A stretch of DNA of 64,000 nucleotides from Patescibacteria group bacterium (GCA_035549315.1 DASZRC010000026.1:988-64987), one strand, 5' to 3'. Shown: positions 40,531 to 51,596, counted from the stretch's first letter. The notes: generated by a model from the sequence alone, not told the origin. Numbers and translations: made by a program.

Positions 40531-42188
40531 AAAACGCTAAATTAATTCTTGGTATTATCATCGCTCTTGGTTTTATTCTTAGATTTTATTCATTGGGTAG
40601 TGTCCCTGTTTCATTGCATAGAGACGAGGCATTTTTAGGTTACAATGCCTATTCAATACTTAAAACGGGTAAAGATATAAGTGGTCATACGTTGCCCCTT
40701 CATTTGGAATCATTCTTTTTTAGTCCTGCTGGATATTCATACTTGTCAATCCCTTTTATTGCAATTTTTGGTCTAAATCAATTTTCTATTAGGTTTGCTT
40801 CTGCTTTGTTTGGCGTGCTAACAATACCTGTTATTTATCTTCTTGTAATTAGTTTGTTTGAGAAAAATAAAAGCAAGAAAAATATTGGACTTATTTCAGC
40901 CTTTGTATTTGCAATTTCTCCGTGGAGTATAAATCTTAGCAGGCTTTCGGTAGAGAGTAGTGCGGTACTTTTTTTCGTGACACTTGGAACACTCCTATAT
41001 ATGAGGTACGTTAGGGATAGTAAGGTATATTTTTTACTATTATCTTTCTTATCATTCTTAATAACCATTTTTACTTATCAAGCTCCCAGGGCATTTTTAC
41101 CTTTATTTATACCCCTTTTGTTTATATTGTTTAGAAATGGAAAGGTGTTCGAAAGAAAATTACCATGGATCCTGTATGTTTTATTTGTAATTCTACCGGT
41201 ACTATTTGTTGTTACGTCTCCGGATCTTTCTTGGAGAATTCAGAGTCTGAGCATTTTTAATAATCCGGGCACAAAAATTGCTGTTGATCAACAACTTATT
41301 AATGATACTGTTGAAGGAATTCCCTATGTTCTGGCCCGTACGGTACACAATAAACCAGTTGGATACGTTCTATTATTTATAAGTAATTTTTTTAAGCACC
41401 TATCTTTTGATTTTCTTTTTTCAGACGGTGGATATCCTGATAGATTTAGAATTCCGGGAACCGGCCTATTACACTTATTTGAACTTCCGTTTATTTTAAT
41501 TGGTATTTATTATTTACTCAGAAGGGAATCAAAGATAATGATCTTTATTGTCGGTTGGATTATAGCAGGTATTATAGGTACGGCAATTACTTTTGATGAT
41601 ATACCAAATCTGCAGAGGACATTAATTGTTCTTCCTGCATTTTCTATTATGAGCGGCTACGGAATTTATGCAGCTTACGAGTTTATATTCAAATCAAAGG
41701 GTAGTAGGAAATTATTTATTGCCATTACTTCACTCATAATTATAGTAAGTATTTCATATTATATTATGCAATATTACACACAGGGTAAATTATATAGAAC
41801 ATGGTATAGGCAAGATGGGTATCAAGAATTGGTTACAGACGTAAATAAGCTTCTTCCAAATTACAAATACGCTGAAGTGACAAGCAAGGAAAGCGCCCCA
41901 ACTATACTTTTTCTTTTTTATTCAAAATATGATCCGGCTGTTTTCCAGAAAGAAACAGAAAAAGTTGATATGAAAGAATCAGACCATGTTAATTTTTCTA
42001 AATATAGATTTTCAGTAGAGGATTGTCCTTTGAGAGTTGATGAGAAAGAGCCAAATAAACTAACAGGAATAAAGGGTATTCTATATGTTAACAGTAATCT
42101 TTGTAAAGATCCCGATGGCACAAAGCTTATTAAAACAATTAAAAGAGTAGATGGGTCTGACGTTTTTAAACTCCTCGAGGTTAAATAG
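40527..42188 (+). CDS. GT-C glycosyltransferase (PMT/ArnT-like)
   Basis: HRDEAFLGYNAYSILKTGKD, FSIRFASA, AISPW...SR. Confidence 0.8.
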   Translation: MKNAKLILGIIIALGFILRFYSLGSVPVSLHRDEAFLGYNAYSILKTGKDISGHTLPLHLESFFFSPAGYSYLSIPFIAIFGLNQFSIRFASALFGVLTIPVIYLLVISLFEKNKSKKNIGLISAFVFAISPWSINLSRLSVESSAVLFFVTLGTLLYMRYVRDSKVYFLLLSFLSFLITIFTYQAPRAFLPLFIPLLFILFRNGKVFERKLPWILYVLFVILPVLFVVTSPDLSWRIQSLSIFNNPGTKIAVDQQLINDTVEGIPYVLARTVHNKPVGYVLLFISNFFKHLSFDFLFSDGGYPDRFRIPGTGLLHLFELPFILIGIYYLLRRESKIMIFIVGWIIAGIIGTAITFDDIPNLQRTLIVLPAFSIMSGYGIYAAYEFIFKSKGSRKLFIAITSLIIIVSISYYIMQYYTQGKLYRTWYRQDGYQELVTDVNKLLPNYKYAEVTSKESAPTILFLFYSKYDPAVFQKETEKVDMKESDHVNFSKYRFSVEDCPLRVDEKEPNKLTGIKGILYVNSNLCKDPDGTKLIKTIKRVDGSDVFKLLEVK

Positions 42189-42274
42189 ATATGATTCAAA
42201 AAAACACAACTTTAGCTCACCGGAGTAATTTTGAATTAAATTTTAATATGTATTTATCGTTATAAAGATAAATT

Positions 42275-44227
42275 ATGTTGGTTATCTATATTTTACTTTT
42301 TTTGCTTTCAATTATTACCCTGCTGTATTTACCCGGAAAATTTATTGTCAATAAATTGGGGCTAAAATTATCGTTTCTTGAAGATGTATTCATTTCTACT
42401 GTAGTAGGGATACTTTCGTTTACCATTTTATCAATGCTTTTTTCGCTAATAAAGCTTGAAATTGTCTTACTATCTATTTTGTTATTAGTTGACGTACTGA
42501 CAATAAAAACTGAATTTTGGAAGAAATATAAATTTGAGAAAAAAGACCTTGCGCCCTTGGTAGTGATAACAATACTTTCCATAATTTTTAGTATCCCAAT
42601 GATTACTAGCGGTTACTTTGGAAATTCACTAAGATTAGTTGGTGTTAATAATATAGATGGGATTTGGTATCTAGCACAAATTACAGAATTAAAAAATAAT
42701 TTTCCTCCCCAGCACCCGGGGTTTGCCGGTTATCCTTTGACTGGATACCATTTCTTATATTTTTTCTTACTCGCAAAAATTAGCAATATTTTTGGAATAC
42801 CCTCAGTCACTTTACTATTTAGCTTTGGATCGGTTTTAACCGCAGTAATGTGGGGACTAGGAGTATATTGTTTAATACTTAAATGGAGCAAGGACAGAAT
42901 AAATGCATTAATTGCAGTATTTCTGACGATGTTTGGTGGAAGCTTTGTTTTTATTTCATGGTTGCAAGGGCATAGAGCTTTGGATTTGGACAGCGGGTAT
43001 GGAATTTTGCAACCACCATTGTCCCTTCTTAACCCTCCATTTGCTATATCTGTAGTTTTTCTTACAGCTTTTCTTATAAGTTCCTATGAGTATTTTAAAT
43101 CAAATAATAAGTCTTGGATTTTTCCGCTAGTTTTAATTGCGGGCGCTGTTTCCCTTTTTAAGGTATATGCTGGAATTATTATTTTGGGTGGATTCTTGTT
43201 TATCGTGTTAGTTAATTTATTGCAAAAGAAATTCTACATAATATATGGATTAATTGGGGTTATTCTACTTTTCTTTGCCACTTATTGGCCGTTTACAGAC
43301 AAAACTGCTCACTTAATTTTCTATCCTCTTTGGGCTCCGCATAGTGTTTTGAAAGATAACATGCCTTGGTATGGATATACGGAGAAATTTTATACTTATT
43401 CACGCGAACACGTCATTAAGGGATTAATAACAATTGAATCTTACGCATTATTTATTTTCCTAATAGGAAATATAGGAAGTAGAATTATTGGTTTAGTAGT
43501 TTTACCCTTTATATATTTCAAAAAGCGCAAGCTACCCTCTCTTTTTTCTTCAATGGTTTTCTTGATGTTATTGGGATCAATTCTTACTACCCTATTTTTT
43601 ATTCAAACAGGTAAGGTATTTGAGACAATACAATTCTCTTGGTATTTTCTTTTTTTAATATCCCTTTTTTCTTCTTTTGGATTGGCATTTATATTGGAAT
43701 TAAAATATCCTAAGTTTTTAAAATATGTTTTTATAATATTATTTTTAATAATAACTTTACCTTCAGCTGTTTCTTCTATCTTAAAATATACATCTCCAAC
43801 TGGTGGTTTTATTGACCCGGCCTTTTATAGTGCATCAATATATTTAAAGAATCATGGTAGCTATAACCAGACTGTTCTTACAGTACCAAATGGAGTAGGT
43901 AGCACCTCTGCTGCCCTAAATAAATGGTATATTTCAACTAATCCAATAGTTCCTGCAATTATGAACAAAAGAAGCTTTCTAAGTTTTGAGTATTTCTATT
44001 TTAATGGTTTAAATACAAATGAAAGGCTAAATTTAATAAAATTGATTATTAATACTGAAAGTAGTGGATCAAAGGATAAGTCTTCAATAGAAGATATTAA
44101 AAAGGCATTGAAAAAGTATGATATTGTTTATATATATAGTATGAAACCGCTAAAATTTGCACAAAAAACTGATAATATAAAAGCAGTTTATAATAGATCA
44201 GGGCAGTACATTTATGAAGTTAATTAA
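42275..44227 (+). CDS. Polytopic membrane protein, probable GT-C
   Basis: DGIWYLA...L...FPPQHP...YHF after the N-terminal TMs; many TM segments; soluble C-terminal domain. Confidence 0.5.
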   Translation: MLVIYILLFLLSIITLLYLPGKFIVNKLGLKLSFLEDVFISTVVGILSFTILSMLFSLIKLEIVLLSILLLVDVLTIKTEFWKKYKFEKKDLAPLVVITILSIIFSIPMITSGYFGNSLRLVGVNNIDGIWYLAQITELKNNFPPQHPGFAGYPLTGYHFLYFFLLAKISNIFGIPSVTLLFSFGSVLTAVMWGLGVYCLILKWSKDRINALIAVFLTMFGGSFVFISWLQGHRALDLDSGYGILQPPLSLLNPPFAISVVFLTAFLISSYEYFKSNNKSWIFPLVLIAGAVSLFKVYAGIIILGGFLFIVLVNLLQKKFYIIYGLIGVILLFFATYWPFTDKTAHLIFYPLWAPHSVLKDNMPWYGYTEKFYTYSREHVIKGLITIESYALFIFLIGNIGSRIIGLVVLPFIYFKKRKLPSLFSSMVFLMLLGSILTTLFFIQTGKVFETIQFSWYFLFLISLFSSFGLAFILELKYPKFLKYVFIILFLIITLPSAVSSILKYTSPTGGFIDPAFYSASIYLKNHGSYNQTVLTVPNGVGSTSAALNKWYISTNPIVPAIMNKRSFLSFEYFYFNGLNTNERLNLIKLIINTESSGSKDKSSIEDIKKALKKYDIVYIYSMKPLKFAQKTDNIKAVYNRSGQYIYEVN

Positions 44228-45872
44228 GCACAAATATTTTTTATTGGTAGTTATTTTTTTGATTGCTGCATTTTTAAGGCTTTACCAATTGGGAGTAAAT
44301 CCTCCATCTCTTACTTGGGATGAGGTTGCTTGGGGATACAATGCATATTCACTTGGAATTGATGGTCACGATGAATTTGGAAGATTCTTGCCTCACGATT
44401 ATCTAGAATCATTTGGGGACTTTAAACCTCCGGTTTATGCATATTTAGACATAATTCCCGTTAGGCTTTTTGGTCTTAATGCTTTTGCTACCCGTCTTCC
44501 ATCAGCAATCTTTGGTATTTTAACGGTGTTAATGTCCTACTTCCTAGTTAAAGAGATATTCCATAAGGATAAATCAGAAGGAGAGGCAATTGCATTAATT
44601 ACATCATTTTTGCTTGCAATTAGCCCTTGGCATATTATGCTTTCCAGAGCTGCTTTTGAGGCGAACGTTTCGACATTCTTTATTGTAACCGGTGTTTGGG
44701 CGTTTCTTGCATCAGTACAGGGTAAGAGATGGCTCTTAATACTATCCGCAGTATCTTTTGTTCTTTCGATGTATACCTTTAATACTGCAAGAATTGTTAG
44801 TCCGCTTCTCGTATTGATACTTGCCTTCGCATTTAGGAAAAAGTTATTAGATCAAAAAAAGGTTACGATTTCCGCTTTTGTTGTGGGTTTATTACTCATA
44901 TTGCCTACCGTCCAGTTTTTATTATCTCCTCAGGCCGGATTAAGATTTAAGGAGGTAAATATATTCTCAGATGTGAGCGTTGTAGAACGTGCAAACCAGG
45001 AAATTCTAAATAGCAAGAATAGCATATTGTCAAAAGTAGTTGATAATAGGCGCGTTTTATACGCAATTGAATATGTTAAGCACTATTTTGATAACCTAAG
45101 TCCAAGATTTTTGTTTATAAGTGGGGACGGAAATCCTAAGTTTTCTACACAAAATGTAGGGCAGATGTATATTTGGGAGGTAGTCTTCTTTATTTCCGGA
45201 ATCCTCTTTCTTATTAGAAAAAAACAAGGCAATTGGTGGCTTGTTCCTGTATGGCTTTTGGTTGGAATAATACCGGCTGCGACGGCTCGCGAAACTCCTC
45301 ATGCATTAAGGATTGAAACGACATTACCAACGTTTCAGATACTTGTTGCATATGGTTTATTCTGGATAGGCAAATATGTATTTGAATTAAAAAACAAGGT
45401 TATCGGTATAAAGTTATCTAGAGTAATTGGTGTAGCCTTTGTTTTAGTTATCTTTGCAAATTTCTTTTATTTTTGGCGTGATTATACGGTCAATTATAAA
45501 TATGACTATTCCGGCGAATGGCAGTATGGATATGAAGATTCTATAAATTATGTTAATTCAGTCAAGGAGAAATATGATTACGTTCAGGTAACTAACGCCT
45601 TGGGAAGACCATATATTTATTATCTCTTCTTTACTAAGACAAATCCCGGTGATTTTAGAAAAGAGGCAAAAATAACTCGCGATCCATTTGGTTTTGTAGA
45701 CGTAGAAGGTTTTGGGAAATATAAGTTTCCAAATAGTTTTGAAATATCAAAGGATAAAAATAAGAAAGTTCTTTACATTGCTACACCTTATAAATTGCCT
45801 GAAAATGCTAGAATCTTAAAGACATTTTGTCTTTTAGATGGTAAGCCCGTTTTAGTGGCGTATGAAATATAG
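44214..45872 (+). CDS. GT-C glycosyltransferase (PMT/ArnT-like)
   Basis: WDEVAWGYNAYS...DEFG...SFGDFKPP, RLPSA, AISPWH..SR..FE, WQYGY. Confidence 0.8.
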   Translation: MKLIKHKYFLLVVIFLIAAFLRLYQLGVNPPSLTWDEVAWGYNAYSLGIDGHDEFGRFLPHDYLESFGDFKPPVYAYLDIIPVRLFGLNAFATRLPSAIFGILTVLMSYFLVKEIFHKDKSEGEAIALITSFLLAISPWHIMLSRAAFEANVSTFFIVTGVWAFLASVQGKRWLLILSAVSFVLSMYTFNTARIVSPLLVLILAFAFRKKLLDQKKVTISAFVVGLLLILPTVQFLLSPQAGLRFKEVNIFSDVSVVERANQEILNSKNSILSKVVDNRRVLYAIEYVKHYFDNLSPRFLFISGDGNPKFSTQNVGQMYIWEVVFFISGILFLIRKKQGNWWLVPVWLLVGIIPAATARETPHALRIETTLPTFQILVAYGLFWIGKYVFELKNKVIGIKLSRVIGVAFVLVIFANFFYFWRDYTVNYKYDYSGEWQYGYEDSINYVNSVKEKYDYVQVTNALGRPYIYYLFFTKTNPGDFRKEAKITRDPFGFVDVEGFGKYKFPNSFEISKDKNKKVLYIATPYKLPENARILKTFCLLDGKPVLVAYEI

Positions 45873-45882
45873 CTATCGAGTT

Positions 45883-45913
45883 TAAAGTTACTAAAGTGTA
45901 AAGTTAGTAAAGT
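45883..45913 (+). repeat. TAAAGT x4 array upstream of the four-helix-bundle gene
   Basis: TAAAGT at 45883, 45892, 45899, 45908. Confidence 0.7.
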
Positions 45914-46258
45914 ATGGTTATAAAATCTTTTGAAGATATTGTTTCATGGCAAAAATCAAAAGTATTTGTAGTAGATATATATAAAGCATTTAAAAATTGC
46001 AGAGATTTTGGCTTTAAAGATCAGATCTGTAGGGCTTCGATCTCCATTATGAATAATATTGCTGAGGGATTTGAGAGAAGCGGAAATAAAGAATTTAGAA
46101 ATTTTTTGTTTATTTCTAAAGGTTCGTGTGGGGAGGTTAGGTCAATGTTGTATGCCGCGTTCGATCTTAAATACATATCAGAAGATGAATATAAAAATTT
46201 GTATGAAAATTCAATTGTGATATCAAAACTAATATCTGGTTTAATTAAAACATTATAA
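45914..46258 (+). CDS. Four helix bundle protein (23S rRNA IVS protein/Avd-like)
   Basis: SFEDIVSWQKS, DQICRASISIMNNIAEGFER, FLFISKGSCGEVRS. Confidence 0.9.
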   Translation: MVIKSFEDIVSWQKSKVFVVDIYKAFKNCRDFGFKDQICRASISIMNNIAEGFERSGNKEFRNFLFISKGSCGEVRSMLYAAFDLKYISEDEYKNLYENSIVISKLISGLIKTL

Positions 46259-46262
46259 TAGC

Positions 46263-47972
46263 ATGAACTTTAGGAACCTTATTAACTTTAAAAACTTTAC
46301 AACCATAACATTTTTAATCATTGTATTTGTTGCGGCAATTCTTAGATTGTGGCAATTAGGAAGTATTCCTCCAAGTCCTGATTGGGATGAAGCAGCGCTT
46401 GGATATGATGCTTATTCTATTGCAACAACGGGCCGCGACGAATTTGGTAAATTTTTGCCCCCTGTCCTGAGATCTTTCGATGATTATAAGCCCGCTTTGT
46501 ATGCATATCTTGCTATACCAACCGTTATGACTATTGGTCTAAATACGTTTGCAGTTAGACTTCCTTCGGCAATTGCCGGAATTATCGCAGTAGTGGCCGT
46601 TTATTTTATTGTACAAGAGTTATTGGCAGATCCTCGGGATGACTCGAAAAGAAATGAACAAAAAATAAAATATATAGGACTTGCAGCATCCGGATTACTT
46701 GCTATATCTCCATGGTCAATTCAATTCTCAAGGGTTGCTTTCGAATCAAACGTAGGAGTCCTCTTTAATATGTTGGTTGTTTTGTTTTTCCTAAAGGGAC
46801 TTAAAACGAATTGGCTTTTGTATTTATCCATTATTTTTGCAGGATTGAATATTTATGTATATCAGAGTGAAAAAGTTTATACTCCTCTCCTGTTTTTTAT
46901 TTTAGTAATTATTTACTTTAAGCAGTTGATAAAAATCCCAAAAATAAAACTTATTGGGCCGGTAATACTAGGCTTAATTGTTGTTTTTCCAATGGTCTTT
47001 AATATATTTACGGATAGCGGTTCTTTGTTAAGACTTCGGGGAACTAGTATCTTTACTTATCAAACTGAAGTTTTGGGGAACAGCGCCCAAAAATTTGAGA
47101 GGGATAAAAATAACCACGATTTAATAGGAGAGGTTCTTGATAATAGAAGACTTGTTTATGCAAAAACTATAGTAGATGGGTATCTTTCTCATTTTAATCC
47201 CAATTGGTTATTTATAACAGGAGACATCTCAAGACATCATGCTCCAAATATGGGCCTCCTTTATTTATTTGAGTTGCCGCTAATACTTAGTGGAATATAC
47301 GTATTAATATTTTCAAAATATGATAAAAAAACAAAGATTTTTATTTTTCTATGGTATCTAATAGCTGCTGTTCCGGCATCAATTACAACCGGTGTGCCAC
47401 ATGCGGTGAGAACTCTTAATTTTATTCCCCTATATCAAATATTTGGTGCAATAGGATTTATTTCCTTGTTGATGTGGGCAAATGAAAATAAATCAAAACT
47501 TGTTGGTATAAAAATAGGGAAAGTTCTAATTTTGCTGTACATTTTATTTGCCATTTTCAATGTCGCCTATTATTTAAATCAGTACTTTGTTCAACTTAAT
47601 TATTACGATTCGGCAGATTGGCAATATGGTTATAAGCAAGCGGTAGATGAAGTCAACTCAGTAGGTAGCAATTACAATAAGATTATTGTGTCAGATAAGC
47701 AGCCCTTAGATAAATCCTACATGTTTTTCCTATTTTATACTAAATATCCGGCAGCCCAGTATCAAAAAGAAGGAGGAGCCGGGTCCGGAAGCTTTGATTC
47801 TCACCACTCTTTTGGTAAATTCCAGTTTAGACCTATTAATTGGGATACGGATAGTAAGTTGCAAAAGACCTTGTTTATTGGTACACCAGATGAAATTCCC
47901 AATAATGCTTCGGTAATAAAAACCATCTATAATCTAAACGGAACACCGGCAATTAAAATAGCAGGAACATAA
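46263..47972 (+). CDS. GT-C glycosyltransferase (PMT/ArnT-like)
   Basis: WDEAALGYDAYS...DEFG...SFDDYKP, RLPSA, AISPW..FSR..FE, WQYGY. Confidence 0.8.
   Translation: MNFRNLINFKNFTTITFLIIVFVAAILRLWQLGSIPPSPDWDEAALGYDAYSIATTGRDEFGKFLPPVLRSFDDYKPALYAYLAIPTVMTIGLNTFAVRLPSAIAGIIAVVAVYFIVQELLADPRDDSKRNEQKIKYIGLAASGLLAISPWSIQFSRVAFESNVGVLFNMLVVLFFLKGLKTNWLLYLSIIFAGLNIYVYQSEKVYTPLLFFILVIIYFKQLIKIPKIKLIGPVILGLIVVFPMVFNIFTDSGSLLRLRGTSIFTYQTEVLGNSAQKFERDKNNHDLIGEVLDNRRLVYAKTIVDGYLSHFNPNWLFITGDISRHHAPNMGLLYLFELPLILSGIYVLIFSKYDKKTKIFIFLWYLIAAVPASITTGVPHAVRTLNFIPLYQIFGAIGFISLLMWANENKSKLVGIKIGKVLILLYILFAIFNVAYYLNQYFVQLNYYDSADWQYGYKQAVDEVNSVGSNYNKIIVSDKQPLDKSYMFFLFYTKYPAAQYQKEGGAGSGSFDSHHSFGKFQFRPINWDTDSKLQKTLFIGTPDEIPNNASVIKTIYNLNGTPAIKIAGT
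46267..46299 (+). repeat. ACTTTA x4 array with 9-bp period, inverse of the upstream array
   Basis: ACTTTA/ACCTTA at 46267, 46276, 46285, 46294; overlaps the start of the next CDS. Confidence 0.7.
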
Positions 47973-49471
47973 TGAAAATTAAAATCTCAGATTTATTTAA
48001 GACTAATTACCTTATTTTATATGCAATTATTATTGTAGGAAGCTTTTTGAGAATTCAAGGTGTCTTAACTAACTCATTTGCCTTTACATATGATGTTGGC
48101 CGCGACATGCTTGCTTTGTGGGATATTGTATATTCTCATCATTTTCCATTGATTGGCGCGACAACGGGAATCCCGGGCGTTTTCTATGGGCCTTGGTGGT
48201 ATTACATGTTGTCACCTTTTTTCTTTATTTTTCAAGGAGATCCTCGTGGGATTGCAATTGTTATGGCCGTCTTTGGCATTTTATCAATAATCCTCTCTTA
48301 TTTTGTTGGGAAAAAAATTGGCGGTGATTTTGTTGGGCTAGCTTTTGCCGGGGTGGTTAGTGTTTCCCCAATTATGATTTCTTTGTCCTCTCAGATTTGG
48401 AATCCAAACATTGCTCCATTTCCGGTGCTTCTAATAATGTTTATTTTGGCGGATTTGTACTCTCAAAAAAAAGAAAAATTCATTTATTACTTTTGTCTTG
48501 GTGCACTATTATCGCTGATCCTAGATATAGAGTTGGTTTTTGGATCAATTTTCTTAATTGGAATGTTGGTTAGCATGCTTTTTGTAAAAAGAATAAAATT
48601 ATCTATTAAATCAATCTTTCTTTTTGTGCTTGGTTTTGTCTTGGTATTACTTCCTAGAATTGTCTTTGACCTAAGACATAATCTCCTAATGACAAATGCT
48701 TTTATAAGTTATTTTAAGAATGGGGCAGAGCCACAGTCACTAACATTTATGCAGTTGGTTATGAGCCGTCTTAATGTATTTTTTGGAGATTATTCATCTG
48801 CGCTTGGAGGCGGAAATAGAATAATAGGAGGAATAGTTTTGATATATACAGCGATTGTTCTAATTGTTTATTTTAGAAAAGCCCGTGAATTAGAAAAGAT
48901 ATTTATTAAAATTACCACAACCGTAATTGCTGTATTTGTTTTGGGAACGATCTTTTTCAGTCACGATATTTGGTCTCATTATTTGGTTGGTTTGCCTGTA
49001 TTTTACATCTTCTTGTTTGTAATGGGTACAAGTCTTGTGGCAATTAAAAAGAAAAATACAATACCACTAATAATAGTTTTGATAGTTTGCGTTATCAATT
49101 TTAATCCCGTGGCTTTTGTTTCCAATTTCAATAAGCCTTTGTGGGTGGGAGATGCATCTGTATATAGAAATCAAATCGGAGTTATTGATTATGTATATGC
49201 AAATGCAAAAGGACACGACTTTAAATATGTTGTGTATACTCCTCCTGTTCATGACTATACATATCAGTACCTTTTTAGATGGTATGGACCAAAAACATAT
49301 AAATATGCTCCATCCGATAAGTCAAAACTTGCATTCTTTATAATAGAGCCGGACCCATCAAATCCCGGCAGAATAACTGATTGGCTTAAGGCAAGAGTGG
49401 GGGATGGGAATATTATAAATACTAAGACGCTAAAGGGTGGAATAGTAGTCCAAACAAGAATAAACAAATGA
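47972..49471 (+). CDS. GT-C glycosyltransferase (PMT/ArnT-like)
   Basis: FTYDVGRD, PLIG...GPWWYY, IWNPN; polytopic. Confidence 0.75.
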   Translation: MKIKISDLFKTNYLILYAIIIVGSFLRIQGVLTNSFAFTYDVGRDMLALWDIVYSHHFPLIGATTGIPGVFYGPWWYYMLSPFFFIFQGDPRGIAIVMAVFGILSIILSYFVGKKIGGDFVGLAFAGVVSVSPIMISLSSQIWNPNIAPFPVLLIMFILADLYSQKKEKFIYYFCLGALLSLILDIELVFGSIFLIGMLVSMLFVKRIKLSIKSIFLFVLGFVLVLLPRIVFDLRHNLLMTNAFISYFKNGAEPQSLTFMQLVMSRLNVFFGDYSSALGGGNRIIGGIVLIYTAIVLIVYFRKARELEKIFIKITTTVIAVFVLGTIFFSHDIWSHYLVGLPVFYIFLFVMGTSLVAIKKKNTIPLIIVLIVCVINFNPVAFVSNFNKPLWVGDASVYRNQIGVIDYVYANAKGHDFKYVVYTPPVHDYTYQYLFRWYGPKTYKYAPSDKSKLAFFIIEPDPSNPGRITDWLKARVGDGNIINTKTLKGGIVVQTRINK

Positions 49472-50796
49472 AGAAGAAAAAAACATCACCAAAAATAACT
49501 AAACATAAAGACAATTCATTAGGAGTTTTTCTTAAAAAAATTATTAAGAATAAAGTTTTAGTAGCAGTTATTGCGCTTTTTATAATTGAATTATTTTTAA
49601 GGTCTTACCAGATGGATATAAAAAATCCTTTTGGATATGACCAAGTAGATAATGCCTGGGCTGCAAAAAGCATAATTATTGACCATAGGTATCCACTGGT
49701 CGGAATGGTTGCAAAAACTAATAGTGGCATTTATATTGGTCCTGCTTATTACTACTTAATATCAATTTTTTATTTTATATTTGATCTTAATCCTGTTGCC
49801 TCAGCTATTTTTGCACTATTAACAAGTGTATTTACATTTTGGACAATATATTTTGTTTTCAAAAAATTATTCAATGAAGGAATTGCGCTAATTGGGTTAA
49901 TTATTAATACCTTCGCTTTACCGGCGATTATATTTGATAGGATACAGTGGCCGGTTGATTTTATTCCTGCAATATCACTTCTAGTGTTTTATTTTTTATA
50001 TAGAGTGTTACAGGGTAAACCAAAGAATTTAATATACCTTGCGCTGGTAACCGGTTTTTTCTTCAATATCCACTTCACTGCAATATTCGCGCCCATTGTA
50101 GTGTTACTTACTCTTCCATGGTTTCCTAGAACTAAGGAGACAGTCAAATACATATTGATATCTATCCCGCTTTTTTTTGTTTGGATAATTCCAAATATTA
50201 TTTACACTATAAATAGTAGAAGCTCTTCATCAAATGCTTCCTATATTAATACTTATTATCATGGCTTTCACCTTAGGCGAATGTTTCAAATAATTGGGGA
50301 TGCATTTATTCAGTTTGATCCATATGTATTTTTTGAATGGATCAAGAAGATAAAACCAATATTTCCTATATTATTTTTTATAATTTATCTAAAGCGAGAA
50401 ACAAATAAGGATAAGTTTAAATTTGTATATTTAGTTTTCTTATGGTTTATGGTTCCATGGATAGTATTCACAGTTTACAGTGGTGAAATAAGTGACTATT
50501 ACTTCTCCTTTAGTAGATTTATTGTCTTAATGATTATTTCCTACATACTTTATTCAATTTTTATTCAAAATTTAATAACAAAAGCTGCGATTTCCATTTT
50601 CCTTGCAGTTTTTTGTGTTATGAATATAATTAATTTCATGCCATACAAGGATGTTGGCTTAAAGAAGAGATATGAAGAAAATGTTATGCCCGCAGTTGAT
50701 AATAAAAGAAGAATAGAGTTTCAGGTTGGAGTACCGGAGTCATATCTTTACTACTACAAAATGAGAGAAAAAGGCGTTGAGGATGTCTATAAATAA
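49468..50796 (+). CDS. GT-C glycosyltransferase (PMT/ArnT-like)
   Basis: FGYDQVDN, PLVG...IGPAYYYL; paralogous to the preceding gene. Confidence 0.72.
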   Translation: MKKKKTSPKITKHKDNSLGVFLKKIIKNKVLVAVIALFIIELFLRSYQMDIKNPFGYDQVDNAWAAKSIIIDHRYPLVGMVAKTNSGIYIGPAYYYLISIFYFIFDLNPVASAIFALLTSVFTFWTIYFVFKKLFNEGIALIGLIINTFALPAIIFDRIQWPVDFIPAISLLVFYFLYRVLQGKPKNLIYLALVTGFFFNIHFTAIFAPIVVLLTLPWFPRTKETVKYILISIPLFFVWIIPNIIYTINSRSSSSNASYINTYYHGFHLRRMFQIIGDAFIQFDPYVFFEWIKKIKPIFPILFFIIYLKRETNKDKFKFVYLVFLWFMVPWIVFTVYSGEISDYYFSFSRFIVLMIISYILYSIFIQNLITKAAISIFLAVFCVMNIINFMPYKDVGLKKRYEENVMPAVDNKRRIEFQVGVPESYLYYYKMREKGVEDVYK

Positions 50797-50805
50797 TTTT
50801 TGAGC

Positions 50806-51588
50806 ATGGCTAAGCAAACAATATCCGTAGTTTTGGCAACATATAATGAAGAATCAAACCTTGCCTCTTGTCTTGATTCAATTAAGAGTCTTGCAGATGA
50901 AATCGTTATCGTAGATGGTGAATCAACGGATAATACACGTGATATTGCAAAACAATTTGGCGCAAAGATTATTGTTACAAAAAATAAGCCTAATTTTCAC
51001 ATAAATAAGCAAATGGGTATAGATGCGGCCAAATCGGATTGGATTTTTCAACTCGATGCAGACGAACATGCAACTCCGGAACTAAATAAGGAAATAATAG
51101 AAAAAATAAACGAGCCAAAGTCTGATATTCAGGGTTATTGGATGCCTCGAAAAAACTATTTTTTGGGACGTTTTCTTATGAAGGGTGGCCAATACCCCGA
51201 CTATACTTTGAGAATCTATAGAAAGGGTAAGGGCAGACTGCCCATGAAAGACGTTCATGAGCAGGCGGTAGTTGAAGGTAGGGTTGGACATTTAAAACAT
51301 GCATTGCTCCATTATCCATATAGCGATTTCTCTCATTACTATAGGAAATGGAATAAGTATAATGATTTTTTCGCGCATCAAATTAAAGAACAGGTAGGGA
51401 ATAAGAACTTTTTTATTCAGCTATTTTATGCGGTTTTGTATTTATTTATAAAACCAACTCATTGGTTTTTAACAACATATTTTAGGCACAAGGGTTTTGT
51501 AGACTCTTGGCAGGGTTTTATATTTTCTTTTTTTTCTGCTTTAAGATTTCCCTGTTCTTATGTAAAATACATTGAGCTTAAAATTTAG
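50806..51588 (+). CDS. GT2 glycosyltransferase (WaaE-like)
   Basis: TYNEE, VDGESTD, LDADE, YPDY.LR, VHE, GFVD..QGF; track start 50800. Confidence 0.85.
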   Translation: MAKQTISVVLATYNEESNLASCLDSIKSLADEIVIVDGESTDNTRDIAKQFGAKIIVTKNKPNFHINKQMGIDAAKSDWIFQLDADEHATPELNKEIIEKINEPKSDIQGYWMPRKNYFLGRFLMKGGQYPDYTLRIYRKGKGRLPMKDVHEQAVVEGRVGHLKHALLHYPYSDFSHYYRKWNKYNDFFAHQIKEQVGNKNFFIQLFYAVLYLFIKPTHWFLTTYFRHKGFVDSWQGFIFSFFSALRFPCSYVKYIELKI

Positions 51589-51596
51589 ATTAACTT

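Noticed and set aside
45914-46258. Diversity-generating retroelement, given the Avd-like protein
   Set aside because: No reverse transcriptase, and I noticed no TR/VR pair with adenine-specific mismatches in the window.
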